Shown here piece after piece: positions 48,212 through 58,286 of a stretch of DNA of 64,000 nt; positions within the stretch are counted from its first letter, which is position 1; every line of letters begins with the position of its first letter. The stretch comes from an uncultured Bacteroidales bacterium (GTDB lineage: Bacteria > Bacteroidota > Bacteroidia > Bacteroidales > UBA7960), in contig CAZRNU010000002.1 of NCBI GenBank assembly GCA_964601515.1, positions 2,755 to 66,754 on the forward strand, written 5' to 3'. The position numbers and the translations under genes are program-made. The notes under the pieces were generated by a model. That model had not been told where the DNA came from. It saw only the letters and a program-made list of their open reading frames with translations, and ran no database searches.

Positions 48212-51200
48212 TTAGTTAAGCTTATAATCAATTTCCATTCTATTTAGCAGGTTGTTTAAAAAATCATATGGTTCAACCCTAAATGATTTTGACTCTAGAG
48301 TAACTGCGCTTCTATCTTCAGAATCGATAAGATTAATCTTCAATTTTGCGTTTCCTTGATATTTTTCAATATACATTCTTAAAATTTCAATAGTTCTTTC
48401 CGACAAAGTTTCAAGAGGCAGATTTAATAAAAGGTTGTTTGACACATTACCTCCCAACTCGCTCAGAAGTCCCATTTGAGTAATTCTCACTTCCAATTCA
48501 TTAGACCTAACATTCTTCCTAACAGCGGCCCTTATAAATACAGAATTATCTTTAACCAGCAAGTGTTTATATTTCAGATAATCTTCAGAGAAAAGGAAAA
48601 ACTGATGACTGTCTTTATAGTCTTCCAATGAGAATGCACCATATTGATTACCGCTCTTTTGTGATATCTTATGTCGAACATCAGTAACTATTCCGGCTAA
48701 AACTATATCAATTTTGTTTAAGCTTGAAAGATCTTTAAGCTGGTCAACAGAAGTATTACTGAATGACTTAATTCTAACTCTGTAGTTATCGAGAGGATGC
48801 CCTGAAAGATACATTCCTGTAACTTCTTTTTCATTTTTGAGCATATCCAGCTTTGACCAATGTTGGCAATCGGGTAGCTCCGGGTCAGGAATTGAGATCT
48901 CTTCTGAGTCGCCAAATAGATTCATTTGAGAAGTGTTTTCCTGATTGCTAACCATATTCGCATGTCTGATAATTTTGTCAACAAAGTTTGATTCCCCATT
49001 ATTATCGCTAAAGAAAAACTGTGCCCTATGAGTATTAAGGCAATCGAAAGCTCCGCTAAGAGCCAAAGCCTCAAATGTTTTTTTATTCACAATTCTAAGA
49101 TTAACTCTAGCAGCAAAATCAAAAATGCTTTTATAAGGCCCATTATTTCTTCTTTCATCAACAATATTCTCGACTGCACCTTCACCAACACCCTTTACAG
49201 CACCAAGTCCGAATCTAATCTCCCCTTTTTCATTAACATTAAAACTAAAGATACTCTCATTGATATCAGGGCCGAGAACAGGAATATTTTGCCTGTTACA
49301 TTCATCCATAAAAAACCCAATCTTCTTTATATCGCTGAAATTGTGTGTAAGTACCGCAGCCATATATTCAGGCATATAATGAGCTTTCAGGTATGCTGTT
49401 CTAAAAGCTAGAACTGAATATGCAGCAGAATGAGAGCGGTTAAAACCATATTCGGCAAAATTTGCCATAATATCAAAAATCTCTTGAGCTTTCTTTTTAT
49501 CAACTCCTTTTTCAACAGCTCCATTAACAAAAACATCTTTTTGCTTTGCCATTTCAGCAACATCCTTCTTACCCATAGCACGTCTCAAAATATCAGCAGC
49601 AGCTAAAGAGTACCCGGCCATAATTTGAGCAGCTTGCATAATTTGCTCCTGATAAACCATAATTCCGAAAGTAGGTTTCAGTATATCTTCAAGCCAAGGA
49701 TGTAAGTATTTCGGTTTGTCGTAACCATGTTTACACTTGATGTAGGTAGGAATAAAATCCATTGGCCCCGGCCTATACAATGCGTTCATTGCAATAAGAT
49801 CTTCAATATTGGTTGGTTTCAACTCCATTAAGCATCCACGCATGCCCTTTGATTCAAACTGAAATGTACCAACAGTATCGCCGGCTTGATAAAGTTGATA
49901 AGTTTTCTCATCATCAAGTGGGCAATTATCAATATCTACATCAACATTATGGCGTGCTTTAATGTTTTTCAAAGCCTCTTTAATGATAGAAAGAGTTTTT
50001 AATCCTAAAAAATCCATTTTTAGCATTCCGACAGACTCGGCATCTTTGCCATCATATTGAGTAACAGGCAAGTCAGAATCCTTTTGTTTACTAAGAGGAA
50101 TACAATCTATAAGATCTTTTGGACCAATAATTACACCACATGCATGAACACCCGGATGACTATTTGTTCCTTCGAGTTGTTTAGCATAAATTAAAGTATC
50201 CTTAACAAGTTGTTCTCCATCATTTAAAGCACTTTTAAGATCAGGAATTTCTTTATAAGCTGCATCAAGGTTTGCCGCCTTATCAGGCACAAGTTTAGCA
50301 AGTTTATCAGCCTCACTCAAGGGCAATTTCAGAACTCTGGCAACATTTCGAATAGATGAACGAGCTGCCATTGTTCCAAAAGTTACAATTTGGGCAACCT
50401 TTTCCCTCCCATATTTATTAATAACATAATCCAGAACTTTATCCCTTCCTTCATCATCAAAATCAACATCAATATCAGGCATTGAAATTCTTTCAGGATT
50501 AAGAAATCTTTCAAAAAGTAAATTATATTTGATAGGGTCAATTTCTGTGATACCTGTACAATAAGCAATAATAGACCCGGCGGCACTTCCTCTTCCAGGC
50601 CCTACAGAAACTCCCATTTTTCTAGCTTCATTAATAAAATCCTGAACAATAAGAAAATAGCCGGCAAACCCCATATTCTTAACTACATCTAATTCTAGGT
50701 CTATTCTTTCTTGGACTTCGTTAGTTATTTCAGGGTAAAGTTTTTTTGCACCGTTGTTGGTAAGAAAAGTAAGATAATCATTTTCAGTTTCAAACCCCTC
50801 AGGGAGAGGAAACACCGGAAGAAGTATATTTTTTGTAAGAATATCAAATTCTTCAATTTTAGCAGCAACTAACATAGTATTTTCGAGTGCTTCAGGAATG
50901 TCTTTAAACAATTCCCCCATTTCTTTGGGGCTTTTTAAATATTCATTACCTGAATATTTCATTCTATTAGGATCATCGTAATCTTTATTTGTTTGCATAC
51001 AAACAAGAATATCATGAGCTTTTGAATCCTCATCCTTTATATAATGCACATCGTTTGTAGCAATAAGTTTTACATTATATTTTTCTGAGAGCTTAATAAG
51101 ACCTTCATTAACTCTATCCTGCTCGGGCCAACCATGCCTCATCATTTCAAGATAGAAGTCATCTCCAAAAATATCGATATATTCTTTTAAAACTTCTTCT

Positions 51201-51664
51201 GCTTTTTCAAAACCTAAAGATTCGAGTGCATAAGGAATTTCTCCTCCGAGGCATGCTGATGATGCAATTAATCCGGAACTATGTTCGCGAAGCAATTCCT
51301 TGTCTATTCTAGGAGTATAGTAAAACCCCTCTAAAAAGCCTTTCGAACAAAGCTTTGATAAATTCTTGTATCCTTCAATATTTTTAGCTAGCAGAATAAG
51401 ATGAAAGCCTGATCTATCTTCTCTTCCTTTTTTCTCAAATCTACTGCCATCAGCTACATACATTTCGCAGCCAATAATTGGTTTTATTCCAAGCTTTTTG
51501 GCTATTTTCGTAAACCGCAACACTCCATACATATTCCCATGATCAGTAATTGCAAGCGATTTCATACCTAATTCGGAAGCTCTCTTCAATAATTTCTCAA
51601 TTTCTGCTGCTCCATCAAGCAGACTAAATTCAGTATGTACGTGTAAATGAGTAAACTCTGTCAT
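48212..51664 (-). CDS. dnaE: DNA polymerase III alpha subunit
   Basis: PHP HLHVHTEFSLLDG, GPGRGSAAGS, PDIDVDFD, KMDFLGL, YGFNRSHSAAY. Confidence 0.98.
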   Translation of the reverse strand: MTEFTHLHVHTEFSLLDGAAEIEKLLKRASELGMKSLAITDHGNMYGVLRFTKIAKKLGIKPIIGCEMYVADGSRFEKKGREDRSGFHLILLAKNIEGYKNLSKLCSKGFLEGFYYTPRIDKELLREHSSGLIASSACLGGEIPYALESLGFEKAEEVLKEYIDIFGDDFYLEMMRHGWPEQDRVNEGLIKLSEKYNVKLIATNDVHYIKDEDSKAHDILVCMQTNKDYDDPNRMKYSGNEYLKSPKEMGELFKDIPEALENTMLVAAKIEEFDILTKNILLPVFPLPEGFETENDYLTFLTNNGAKKLYPEITNEVQERIDLELDVVKNMGFAGYFLIVQDFINEARKMGVSVGPGRGSAAGSIIAYCTGITEIDPIKYNLLFERFLNPERISMPDIDVDFDDEGRDKVLDYVINKYGREKVAQIVTFGTMAARSSIRNVARVLKLPLSEADKLAKLVPDKAANLDAAYKEIPDLKSALNDGEQLVKDTLIYAKQLEGTNSHPGVHACGVIIGPKDLIDCIPLSKQKDSDLPVTQYDGKDAESVGMLKMDFLGLKTLSIIKEALKNIKARHNVDVDIDNCPLDDEKTYQLYQAGDTVGTFQFESKGMRGCLMELKPTNIEDLIAMNALYRPGPMDFIPTYIKCKHGYDKPKYLHPWLEDILKPTFGIMVYQEQIMQAAQIMAGYSLAAADILRRAMGKKDVAEMAKQKDVFVNGAVEKGVDKKKAQEIFDIMANFAEYGFNRSHSAAYSVLAFRTAYLKAHYMPEYMAAVLTHNFSDIKKIGFFMDECNRQNIPVLGPDINESIFSFNVNEKGEIRFGLGAVKGVGEGAVENIVDERRNNGPYKSIFDFAARVNLRIVNKKTFEALALSGAFDCLNTHRAQFFFSDNNGESNFVDKIIRHANMVSNQENTSQMNLFGDSEEISIPDPELPDCQHWSKLDMLKNEKEVTGMYLSGHPLDNYRVRIKSFSNTSVDQLKDLSSLNKIDIVLAGIVTDVRHKISQKSGNQYGAFSLEDYKDSHQFFLFSEDYLKYKHLLVKDNSVFIRAAVRKNVRSNELEVRITQMGLLSELGGNVSNNLLLNLPLETLSERTIEILRMYIEKYQGNAKLKINLIDSEDRSAVTLESKSFRVEPYDFLNNLLNRMEIDYKLN

Positions 51665-51864
51665 TATTATTATTCCTTTCTATTTGCTCTCAAAAATATA
51701 CAAAAATTCCCCTCAAAAATTGATTAGTTTTTCACAAATAACATTTAATTATCAACTCAAAAAATAATTATTAACACATAATCACAAAAAGACAAACCAA
51801 ATAAAATTAAAAGTGTTTAATATCTGAATTAAAGCAGTACTTTTGCAGGCTTAAAAATAAAAAA

Positions 51865-53670
51865 ATGCAACAAAATATTAGAAATATTGCAATCATTGCC
51901 CATGTTGACCATGGCAAAACCACTTTAGTTGATAGGATTTTACATCAGTCTAAGCTCTTTAGAGACAATCAGGAAACAGGGGATTTAATAATGGACAGTA
52001 ATGAGTTGGAGAGGGAAAGAGGGATAACTATATTATCAAAAAACTGTTCTGTAAGATATAATGATGTTAAGATAAACATCATAGATACACCCGGTCACTC
52101 TGATTTTGGAGGTGAAGTTGAGCGCGTATTGAATATGGCTGACGGAGTATTGTTGATAGTGGATGCATTTGAGGGTCCAATGCCACAAACCCGATTTGTA
52201 TTGGAAAAAGCAATTCTTTTAGATAAAAAACCAATTGTAGTAATAAACAAAGTAGACAAACCTAACTGCGATCCTGAATTAACTCAGGAAAAAGTTTTTG
52301 ATTTAATGTTTAGTTTAAATGCAACTGAAGATCAGTTGAATTTTCCAACAGTTTATGGTTCGGCCAAGGTTGGATGGATGGGAGAAGATTGGAGAAACCC
52401 TACTGAAGATGTAAGTTATTTATTAGATGTGATAATTGAGCATATTCCACCTGCTCATTTTACAGAAGGGACAAGCCAGCTTCAAATTACTTCCTTAGAT
52501 TATAGTTCTTATGTTGGACGAATTGCTGTTGGAAAAATAAACCGAGGAAGTTTGATTCAAAATCAACAGGTTTCTTTAGTAAAAAGAGATGGCAAAATTC
52601 TTAAGTCGAAGATCAAAGAACTATACGTTTTTGAAGGCTTAGGTAAAGAAAAAATAAAGCATGCTATTCATGCAGGTGAGATTTGTGCAGTATTAGGGGT
52701 TGATGATTTTGAAATTGGCGACACTATTGCTGATTTTGAAAATCCTGAAGCAATAAAACCCATTTCCATAGATGAGCCAACAATGAGTATGCTGTTTACA
52801 ATTAACAACTCACCATTTTTTGGAAGAGACGGCAAGTTTGTAACCAGTCGCCAGCTCCGCGAGCGTCTTTTTAAGGAGACTGAAAAAAACCTAGCATTAA
52901 GAGTAGAAGAAACAGGCTCATCTGATTCTTATATGGTATTTGGGCGCGGTGTACTTCACTTATCAATCTTAATTGAGACAATGAGAAGAGAGGGGTATGA
53001 ACTTCAAGTTGGTCAGCCTCAAGTGGTTATAAAGACAATTGACGGAATTAAAAACGAGCCTATCGAACTTTTAACTGTTAAGGTTCCTGATGAATTCGCC
53101 GGAAAAGTAATTGAGATGGTCTCACAAAGGAAAGGAGAAATGATAAGCATGGAACAAAAAGGAGGCAGAACATCGCTCGAATTTGAAATTCCCGCAAGAG
53201 GATTAATTGGATTACGCAGTAATTTACTAACAGCTACCGAAGGTGAGGGTATAATGGCGCATAGATTTAAGGGTTATGAACCGTGGAAAGGCGATTTTGC
53301 AGCAAAACAAAATGGTGCTTTAATAGCGATGGAAACAGGAACAGCAATTGCCTACTCAATAGACAAACTGCAAGACAGAGGCAAGTTCTTTATTTTTCCG
53401 GGAGAAGAAGTATATGCCGGGCAAATAATTGGTGAAAATTCAAGGCAAGATGACTTGTTAGTCAACGTTATAAAAACAAAAAAACTCACAAACGTAAGAG
53501 CATCAGGATCTGACGACAAGGCAATGCTAGCACCTCCTATTAGATTTTCTATGGAAGAAGCACTTGAATATATTAAATCTGACGAAATTGTGGAGTTTAC
53601 GCCAAAGCACATTAGAATGAGAAAAATAATTCTTGATGAGCATGAGAGAAAGAGAGCATCTAAAAAATAA
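51865..53670 (+). CDS. typA: Translational GTPase TypA/BipA
   Basis: AHVDHGKTT, ERERGITILSK, DTPGHSDFGGEVER; -7 box TACTTTTG at 51838-51845. Confidence 0.98.
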   Translation: MQQNIRNIAIIAHVDHGKTTLVDRILHQSKLFRDNQETGDLIMDSNELERERGITILSKNCSVRYNDVKINIIDTPGHSDFGGEVERVLNMADGVLLIVDAFEGPMPQTRFVLEKAILLDKKPIVVINKVDKPNCDPELTQEKVFDLMFSLNATEDQLNFPTVYGSAKVGWMGEDWRNPTEDVSYLLDVIIEHIPPAHFTEGTSQLQITSLDYSSYVGRIAVGKINRGSLIQNQQVSLVKRDGKILKSKIKELYVFEGLGKEKIKHAIHAGEICAVLGVDDFEIGDTIADFENPEAIKPISIDEPTMSMLFTINNSPFFGRDGKFVTSRQLRERLFKETEKNLALRVEETGSSDSYMVFGRGVLHLSILIETMRREGYELQVGQPQVVIKTIDGIKNEPIELLTVKVPDEFAGKVIEMVSQRKGEMISMEQKGGRTSLEFEIPARGLIGLRSNLLTATEGEGIMAHRFKGYEPWKGDFAAKQNGALIAMETGTAIAYSIDKLQDRGKFFIFPGEEVYAGQIIGENSRQDDLLVNVIKTKKLTNVRASGSDDKAMLAPPIRFSMEEALEYIKSDEIVEFTPKHIRMRKIILDEHERKRASKK

Positions 53671-53681
53671 ATTTTTTTAGA

Positions 53682-55751
53682 TTATTTGCCAATCTCTTGC
53701 TTCAACTGAGATAATTCATTTTCCAATTCTTCAACCAAACGAGTAAGGTCGTCTATTTTTTCACTATTGACCCTCTCCTGTTCTTCCATTTGCTCTTGTA
53801 TTTCTATAAGCTCTTCCATATTTCTCTTCATATCCTCTTCTTGAGCTCTCATTTCATCCGCCTGCTTTTGAGACATTTTCAGCAGCATGTTTGTTTTAAT
53901 GTTATTTTTAACATATTGCAATGTAGAGGCTATATTTTCAGCAATTTTTTCAACAAATTGAATCTGATACTGCTCTAACTTATTAAATGAAGCTATTTCA
54001 ATAACACCATAAACTTTGTCATCTTTCAAGAGAGGAACAATAAGCAGAGCATCAGGATTAGCGCTGCCAAGACCGGATTCAATTTTTATATATGTTTGCG
54101 GTATATCGGTAATGTATATAGTTTTCTTTTCTACTGCACATGATCCAATAAGACCTTCACCACGTTCAAATTTATTCTCAAGGTACTTTCTTCTATCGTA
54201 TGCGAATGCAGCTTTCAATTCAAAAAACACATTATCGGAGTCATCGTTTATTATAAAAACACCACCTTGATTAGCTTCCAGATATTTAACAAGATTATTA
54301 ATAATCTCAAAGGATAATTTTTCAATGTCATCATTGTTTTGTCTTAATATTTCAGCAAACATATTAAGTCCTTCATTCACCCAATTTGTTTTTCTAACAG
54401 CCTGCATTTGTTTTTCCATTTCCTCTTGCTTGGCTGTTTTAAGGTTTTCCCGCATTTGAAGCAGTGACTTTGCAAGGTGGTCGTCTTGAACTATATCATC
54501 GAGCTGAGCATCAAGGTTGCCTTCTCCAATTTTTTGTGCAAACTCAGATTTACTAATATATCCATCAATATAAATGTTTAAGGCATTTGCCATCTCCTGC
54601 ATTTCATCACCGGTTGAAATATCTAGCTTCAGCGATATATCAACCTTTCCTGCTGAAATCATTTTAATGGCATGAGTGAGTTTTTCAATCGGCCCGGATA
54701 TATTACCTGCCAAAAACCATATAATAAACGCCACAAGCAAAAGGCCAATCACACCTGCCAATAATGCAATTTTATTTGTATGTGATGCAGCAGATAAAAT
54801 AGATTTCCTAGGGAATGCCACACCCAAAAACCAAGGAGTATTAGAATTTCCTATAGGAACGACCGAAACTGAAACATAATAGTTCTCATCTTTGAACTTT
54901 GTATCAAAACTAAACGGACGACCATCTTCAACAGCTTCACGAAACAACCCAGCTTTTTCGTCAATAAGTCCAATACTAAATATATCTCTACCTATATTAA
55001 CCCTTTCAGGAAAAGTAACAATCTTGCCAGACTGTGTAAATAAAAAAGCATAACTACCATCTAAAGGTTGATAACCATCTATAATAGACTGCAAAGAGGC
55101 CAAAGACACATCAACTCCAACAACACCTATAAATTCACCTTCTTTAACAACAGGAGCAACCATATTTGTTTGCAGAATATCATCTTGAGCTGAGCCTGTA
55201 TATGAATAATAATAAGGATCAACAACCGTTTCTTGCCCTCGACTTTTAACAAGATTGTATATTGTCCCACTTAATACCTCTGAAGGGTTTTGCTCAACAT
55301 ACTCACTTAGTTTAATATCTCCGTTATCACGATAGTAGATATAGCGAAAATTACCAAGTATTGTACTTCCCACTTCATTTATATACAAACTGTCTCTATT
55401 ATCAATTGTCTCAGGAGCCAGAATACTCCAAGCTGATAACATATCCTTATTCTCAGTCAAAATATGCTTTAGCAATTTACTATAAAAAAATCTTCTATTC
55501 TCTTCAGGAATCAGCTCATGTCCGTCAAAAGTTTGCTTTAAATATCTTGTAATCTGCATGTATTCGTTAAGGTCAGATTTTGCGAGATTAGCATATTGTC
55601 CGGCATATGAATCAGCGAGATCAGTACTAAACTCATCAAGAAGCCTGCGAGAATTTGAGCCTATATAAGAAGAAACGGCAATTATAACTAATGCAGTAGC
55701 TGTTAATAAATAAACTAAAATTCTTGATTTTACTTTAAATTTTCTTGCCAC
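53682..55751 (-). CDS. Membrane sensor dCache-HAMP-GAF with terminal coiled coil and no kinase or MCP output
   Basis: TM, Cache (VVDPYYYSY...GVVGVDV), TM, HAMP (STGDEMQEM), GAF (YAYDR-like FAYDRRK...GEGLIGSCAVEK...GVIEIAS); GTG start. Confidence 0.8.
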   Translation of the reverse strand: MARKFKVKSRILVYLLTATALVIIAVSSYIGSNSRRLLDEFSTDLADSYAGQYANLAKSDLNEYMQITRYLKQTFDGHELIPEENRRFFYSKLLKHILTENKDMLSAWSILAPETIDNRDSLYINEVGSTILGNFRYIYYRDNGDIKLSEYVEQNPSEVLSGTIYNLVKSRGQETVVDPYYYSYTGSAQDDILQTNMVAPVVKEGEFIGVVGVDVSLASLQSIIDGYQPLDGSYAFLFTQSGKIVTFPERVNIGRDIFSIGLIDEKAGLFREAVEDGRPFSFDTKFKDENYYVSVSVVPIGNSNTPWFLGVAFPRKSILSAASHTNKIALLAGVIGLLLVAFIIWFLAGNISGPIEKLTHAIKMISAGKVDISLKLDISTGDEMQEMANALNIYIDGYISKSEFAQKIGEGNLDAQLDDIVQDDHLAKSLLQMRENLKTAKQEEMEKQMQAVRKTNWVNEGLNMFAEILRQNNDDIEKLSFEIINNLVKYLEANQGGVFIINDDSDNVFFELKAAFAYDRRKYLENKFERGEGLIGSCAVEKKTIYITDIPQTYIKIESGLGSANPDALLIVPLLKDDKVYGVIEIASFNKLEQYQIQFVEKIAENIASTLQYVKNNIKTNMLLKMSQKQADEMRAQEEDMKRNMEELIEIQEQMEEQERVNSEKIDDLTRLVEELENELSQLKQEIGK

Positions 55752-55936
55752 TTTTTAAAATTTTAAACTATTATGATTTTCGAATACTAACCAAGTCTTT
55801 TCAGCCACAAACATATTAAACATGGCCGCATGTTTTCCCTACAAATATAATGAAATATTTATTGAGCACTGATTTTTATTAAAAAATCAAAAAATAAATA
55901 TTCGTATAAATTTTATGTTTTACTTTGCTTCAAAAT

Positions 55937-56008
55937 ATGCACGAAATGTTTTTATTCAATTTACATCATCATCATTTTCATACTTGCGCTCAGGCGAGGT
56001 GGGAATGA
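55937..56008 (+). CDS. hisL: his operon leader peptide MHEMFLFNLHHHHFHTCAQARWE
   Basis: Manual translation: 6 His codons including (CAT)4, directly upstream of a terminator and hisG. Confidence 0.85.
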   Translation: MHEMFLFNLHHHHFHTCAQARWE

Positions 56009-56066
56009 TATTTTGTAATTTATAATATAATTATAAAACCCGTCTGAGTAAACAGGCGGGTTTTTT
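55989..56066 (+). promoter_or_regulatory. his attenuator (antiterminator / terminator)
   Basis: Terminator AAAACCCGTCTG/CAGGCGGGTTTT+TT at 56035-56066; CTCAGGCG (55989-55996) can pair with CGTCTGAG (56041-56048). Confidence 0.85.
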
Positions 56067-56111
56067 GTTTCTACACTCCAATAGTTTACTCAGACATAAA
56101 TTGTTATTAAA

Positions 56112-56969
56112 ATGAGTAAACTAAAAATTGCCATTCAAAAAAGCGGCAGATTAAGTGAAAAATCGCTAGACCTTTTTAGGGAATGCGGTATTAAACTTCC
56201 TAACGGTGACCGAAAATTAAAAACTGAAGCCAAAAACTTTCCATTGGAAATTTTGTATCTCAGAGATGATGACATTCCTCAGTATGTTGAGCAAGGGGTA
56301 GCTCATGTTGGAATTCTTGGAGAGAATGAAATTGAGGAAAAATCTAAAAATGTCATACGTATTAAAAAACTTGGTTTTGCAAGCTGTAAATTATCTCTAG
56401 CCATTCCCAAAGATGAGGAATACAATGGTTTAGATTGGTTTGATAACAAGAAAATTGCAACATCATACCCGAAAATTCTCCGAAAGTATTTTGACAAACA
56501 AAACATCAAAGTAGAAATAGAAGAGATTGGAGGAAGTGTTGAAATAGCTACCGGAATTGGCTTGGCAAATGCAATATTTGATATAGTTAGTACCGGAAGT
56601 ACATTAATAATGAACGGGCTCAAAGAGGTAGAAGTTGTAATGAAAAGTGAAGCTGTTTTGATTTCCAACCCTAATCTAAACACTCAGCAAAATGAAATAC
56701 TCAGCAGATTATTATTCAGAATAGCTGCCGTAAAAAATGCAGGTGAGAACAAATACATTCTACTTAATGCACCTAACAACTCTATTGATAAAATTTCTAA
56801 AATAATTCCCGGAATGAAATCTCCCACAATTTTGCCATTAGCTAAAAAAGGCTGGAGCAGCTTGCACTCAGTAGTGAAAGAAGATGAATTCTGGGATGTT
56901 ATTGACAAGCTTAAAGAATGCGGTGCTCAGGGAATATTAGTAGTACCTATAGAGAAAATGATTATTTAA
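56112..56969 (+). CDS. hisG: ATP phosphoribosyltransferase (long form)
   Basis: LKIAIQKSGRLS, LRDDDIP, GSVE, DIVSTGSTL, PGMKSPT. Confidence 0.97.
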   Translation: MSKLKIAIQKSGRLSEKSLDLFRECGIKLPNGDRKLKTEAKNFPLEILYLRDDDIPQYVEQGVAHVGILGENEIEEKSKNVIRIKKLGFASCKLSLAIPKDEEYNGLDWFDNKKIATSYPKILRKYFDKQNIKVEIEEIGGSVEIATGIGLANAIFDIVSTGSTLIMNGLKEVEVVMKSEAVLISNPNLNTQQNEILSRLLFRIAAVKNAGENKYILLNAPNNSIDKISKIIPGMKSPTILPLAKKGWSSLHSVVKEDEFWDVIDKLKECGAQGILVVPIEKMII

Positions 56970-56985
56970 CTTAACCTTTAATAAA

Positions 56986-58284
56986 ATGGAGAAATTATTT
57001 AAACCCGAAAAGTCGATTTGGAAACAATTAACCCAAAGACCTGAGAAAGACTTTAACTCACTATCGAAGACTGTAAACGACATTTTTGATGACATTAAAA
57101 GGAATGGTGATTCTGCTGTAATCAGATACACAAAGCTATTCGACAAAGCAGAAATAACCGAACTAAAACTAAGCGATGCCGAATTCAAAGAAGCGGCAGA
57201 AAAAGTATCAGATGATTTAAAACAGGCAATATCAGTTGCTGCCAAAAACATTGAGAAATTTCACCTTTCGCAAATAGAAATCTCAAATATTTGCGAAACA
57301 ACGAAGGGTGTTTTCTGCTGGAGAGAAAGCAGGGCTATTGAAAAAGTGGGAATATATGTACCCGGAGGAACAGCTCCTCTTTTTTCGAGTGTGCTGATGC
57401 TTAGCATTCCGGCAAAAATTGCAGGATGCAAAGAAATTATCATGTGCACTCCACCAGATAAAAATGGGAAAGTTGACCCTGCAATTATTTTTACTGCTCA
57501 AACTGTTGGCATAAAATCTATTTATAAAGTTGGAGGTGTTCAGGCAATTGGAGCAATGACTCTTGGTACAACCGGTATCTCAAAAGTAGATAAGATTTTC
57601 GGGCCGGGAAATCAATATGTAACCGCTGCAAAACTAATTTCTCAAAACTATGGAGTTGCTATTGACATGCCTGCCGGACCAAGCGAAGTGCTTATTATCG
57701 CTGATAGTTCAGCAGACCCTGAGTTTATTGCCGCAGATTTACTTTCTCAGGCTGAGCACGGAGAAGACAGTCAGACAATTTTACTTTCTACAGATGAAAC
57801 AATTATTAACGATGTATTTGAGAAAATAGAGCAACAATTGATTGTTTTGCCCAGAAAGGAGATAGCAGCTACGGCGCTAAAATATAGTAAAGCGATACTA
57901 TTTAACAGCATTGAAGAATGCATTGAGTTTAGCAACCTTTATGCACCTGAGCACTTAATAATGGCCTTAGAAAATGCTAATTCATATCTGTCACTGATTG
58001 AAAATGCCGGTTCTGTTTTTGTCGGAAATTTCAGTTGTGAAAGCGCAGGCGACTATGCAAGTGGAACAAATCACACACTGCCTACAAATGGTTACGCAAG
58101 AAACTATAGTGGAGTATCACTGGATAGCTTTCTCAAGAAAATTACATTCCAGGAAGTAACCATGGAAGGAATAAAAAATCTCGGACCAACAATAGAAATT
58201 ATGGCCGAAGCAGAGCAGCTCGATGCCCACAAAAATGCTGTAAGCGTAAGACTAAAGAAACTCAATAATATGAAACCTTTATAA
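56986..58284 (+). CDS. hisD: Histidinol dehydrogenase
   Basis: [50 protein letters not shown]. Confidence 0.97.
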   Translation: MEKLFKPEKSIWKQLTQRPEKDFNSLSKTVNDIFDDIKRNGDSAVIRYTKLFDKAEITELKLSDAEFKEAAEKVSDDLKQAISVAAKNIEKFHLSQIEISNICETTKGVFCWRESRAIEKVGIYVPGGTAPLFSSVLMLSIPAKIAGCKEIIMCTPPDKNGKVDPAIIFTAQTVGIKSIYKVGGVQAIGAMTLGTTGISKVDKIFGPGNQYVTAAKLISQNYGVAIDMPAGPSEVLIIADSSADPEFIAADLLSQAEHGEDSQTILLSTDETIINDVFEKIEQQLIVLPRKEIAATALKYSKAILFNSIEECIEFSNLYAPEHLIMALENANSYLSLIENAGSVFVGNFSCESAGDYASGTNHTLPTNGYARNYSGVSLDSFLKKITFQEVTMEGIKNLGPTIEIMAEAEQLDAHKNAVSVRLKKLNNMKPL

Positions 58285-58286
58285 AG

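Noticed and set aside
48212-51664. Intein in DnaE
   Set aside because: Normal length (1150 aa) and no splicing motifs seen.
51720-51737. Rex-like operator TTGATTAGTTTTTCACAA between dnaE and typA
   Set aside because: Only one half-site matches, and the flanking genes are not typical Rex targets.
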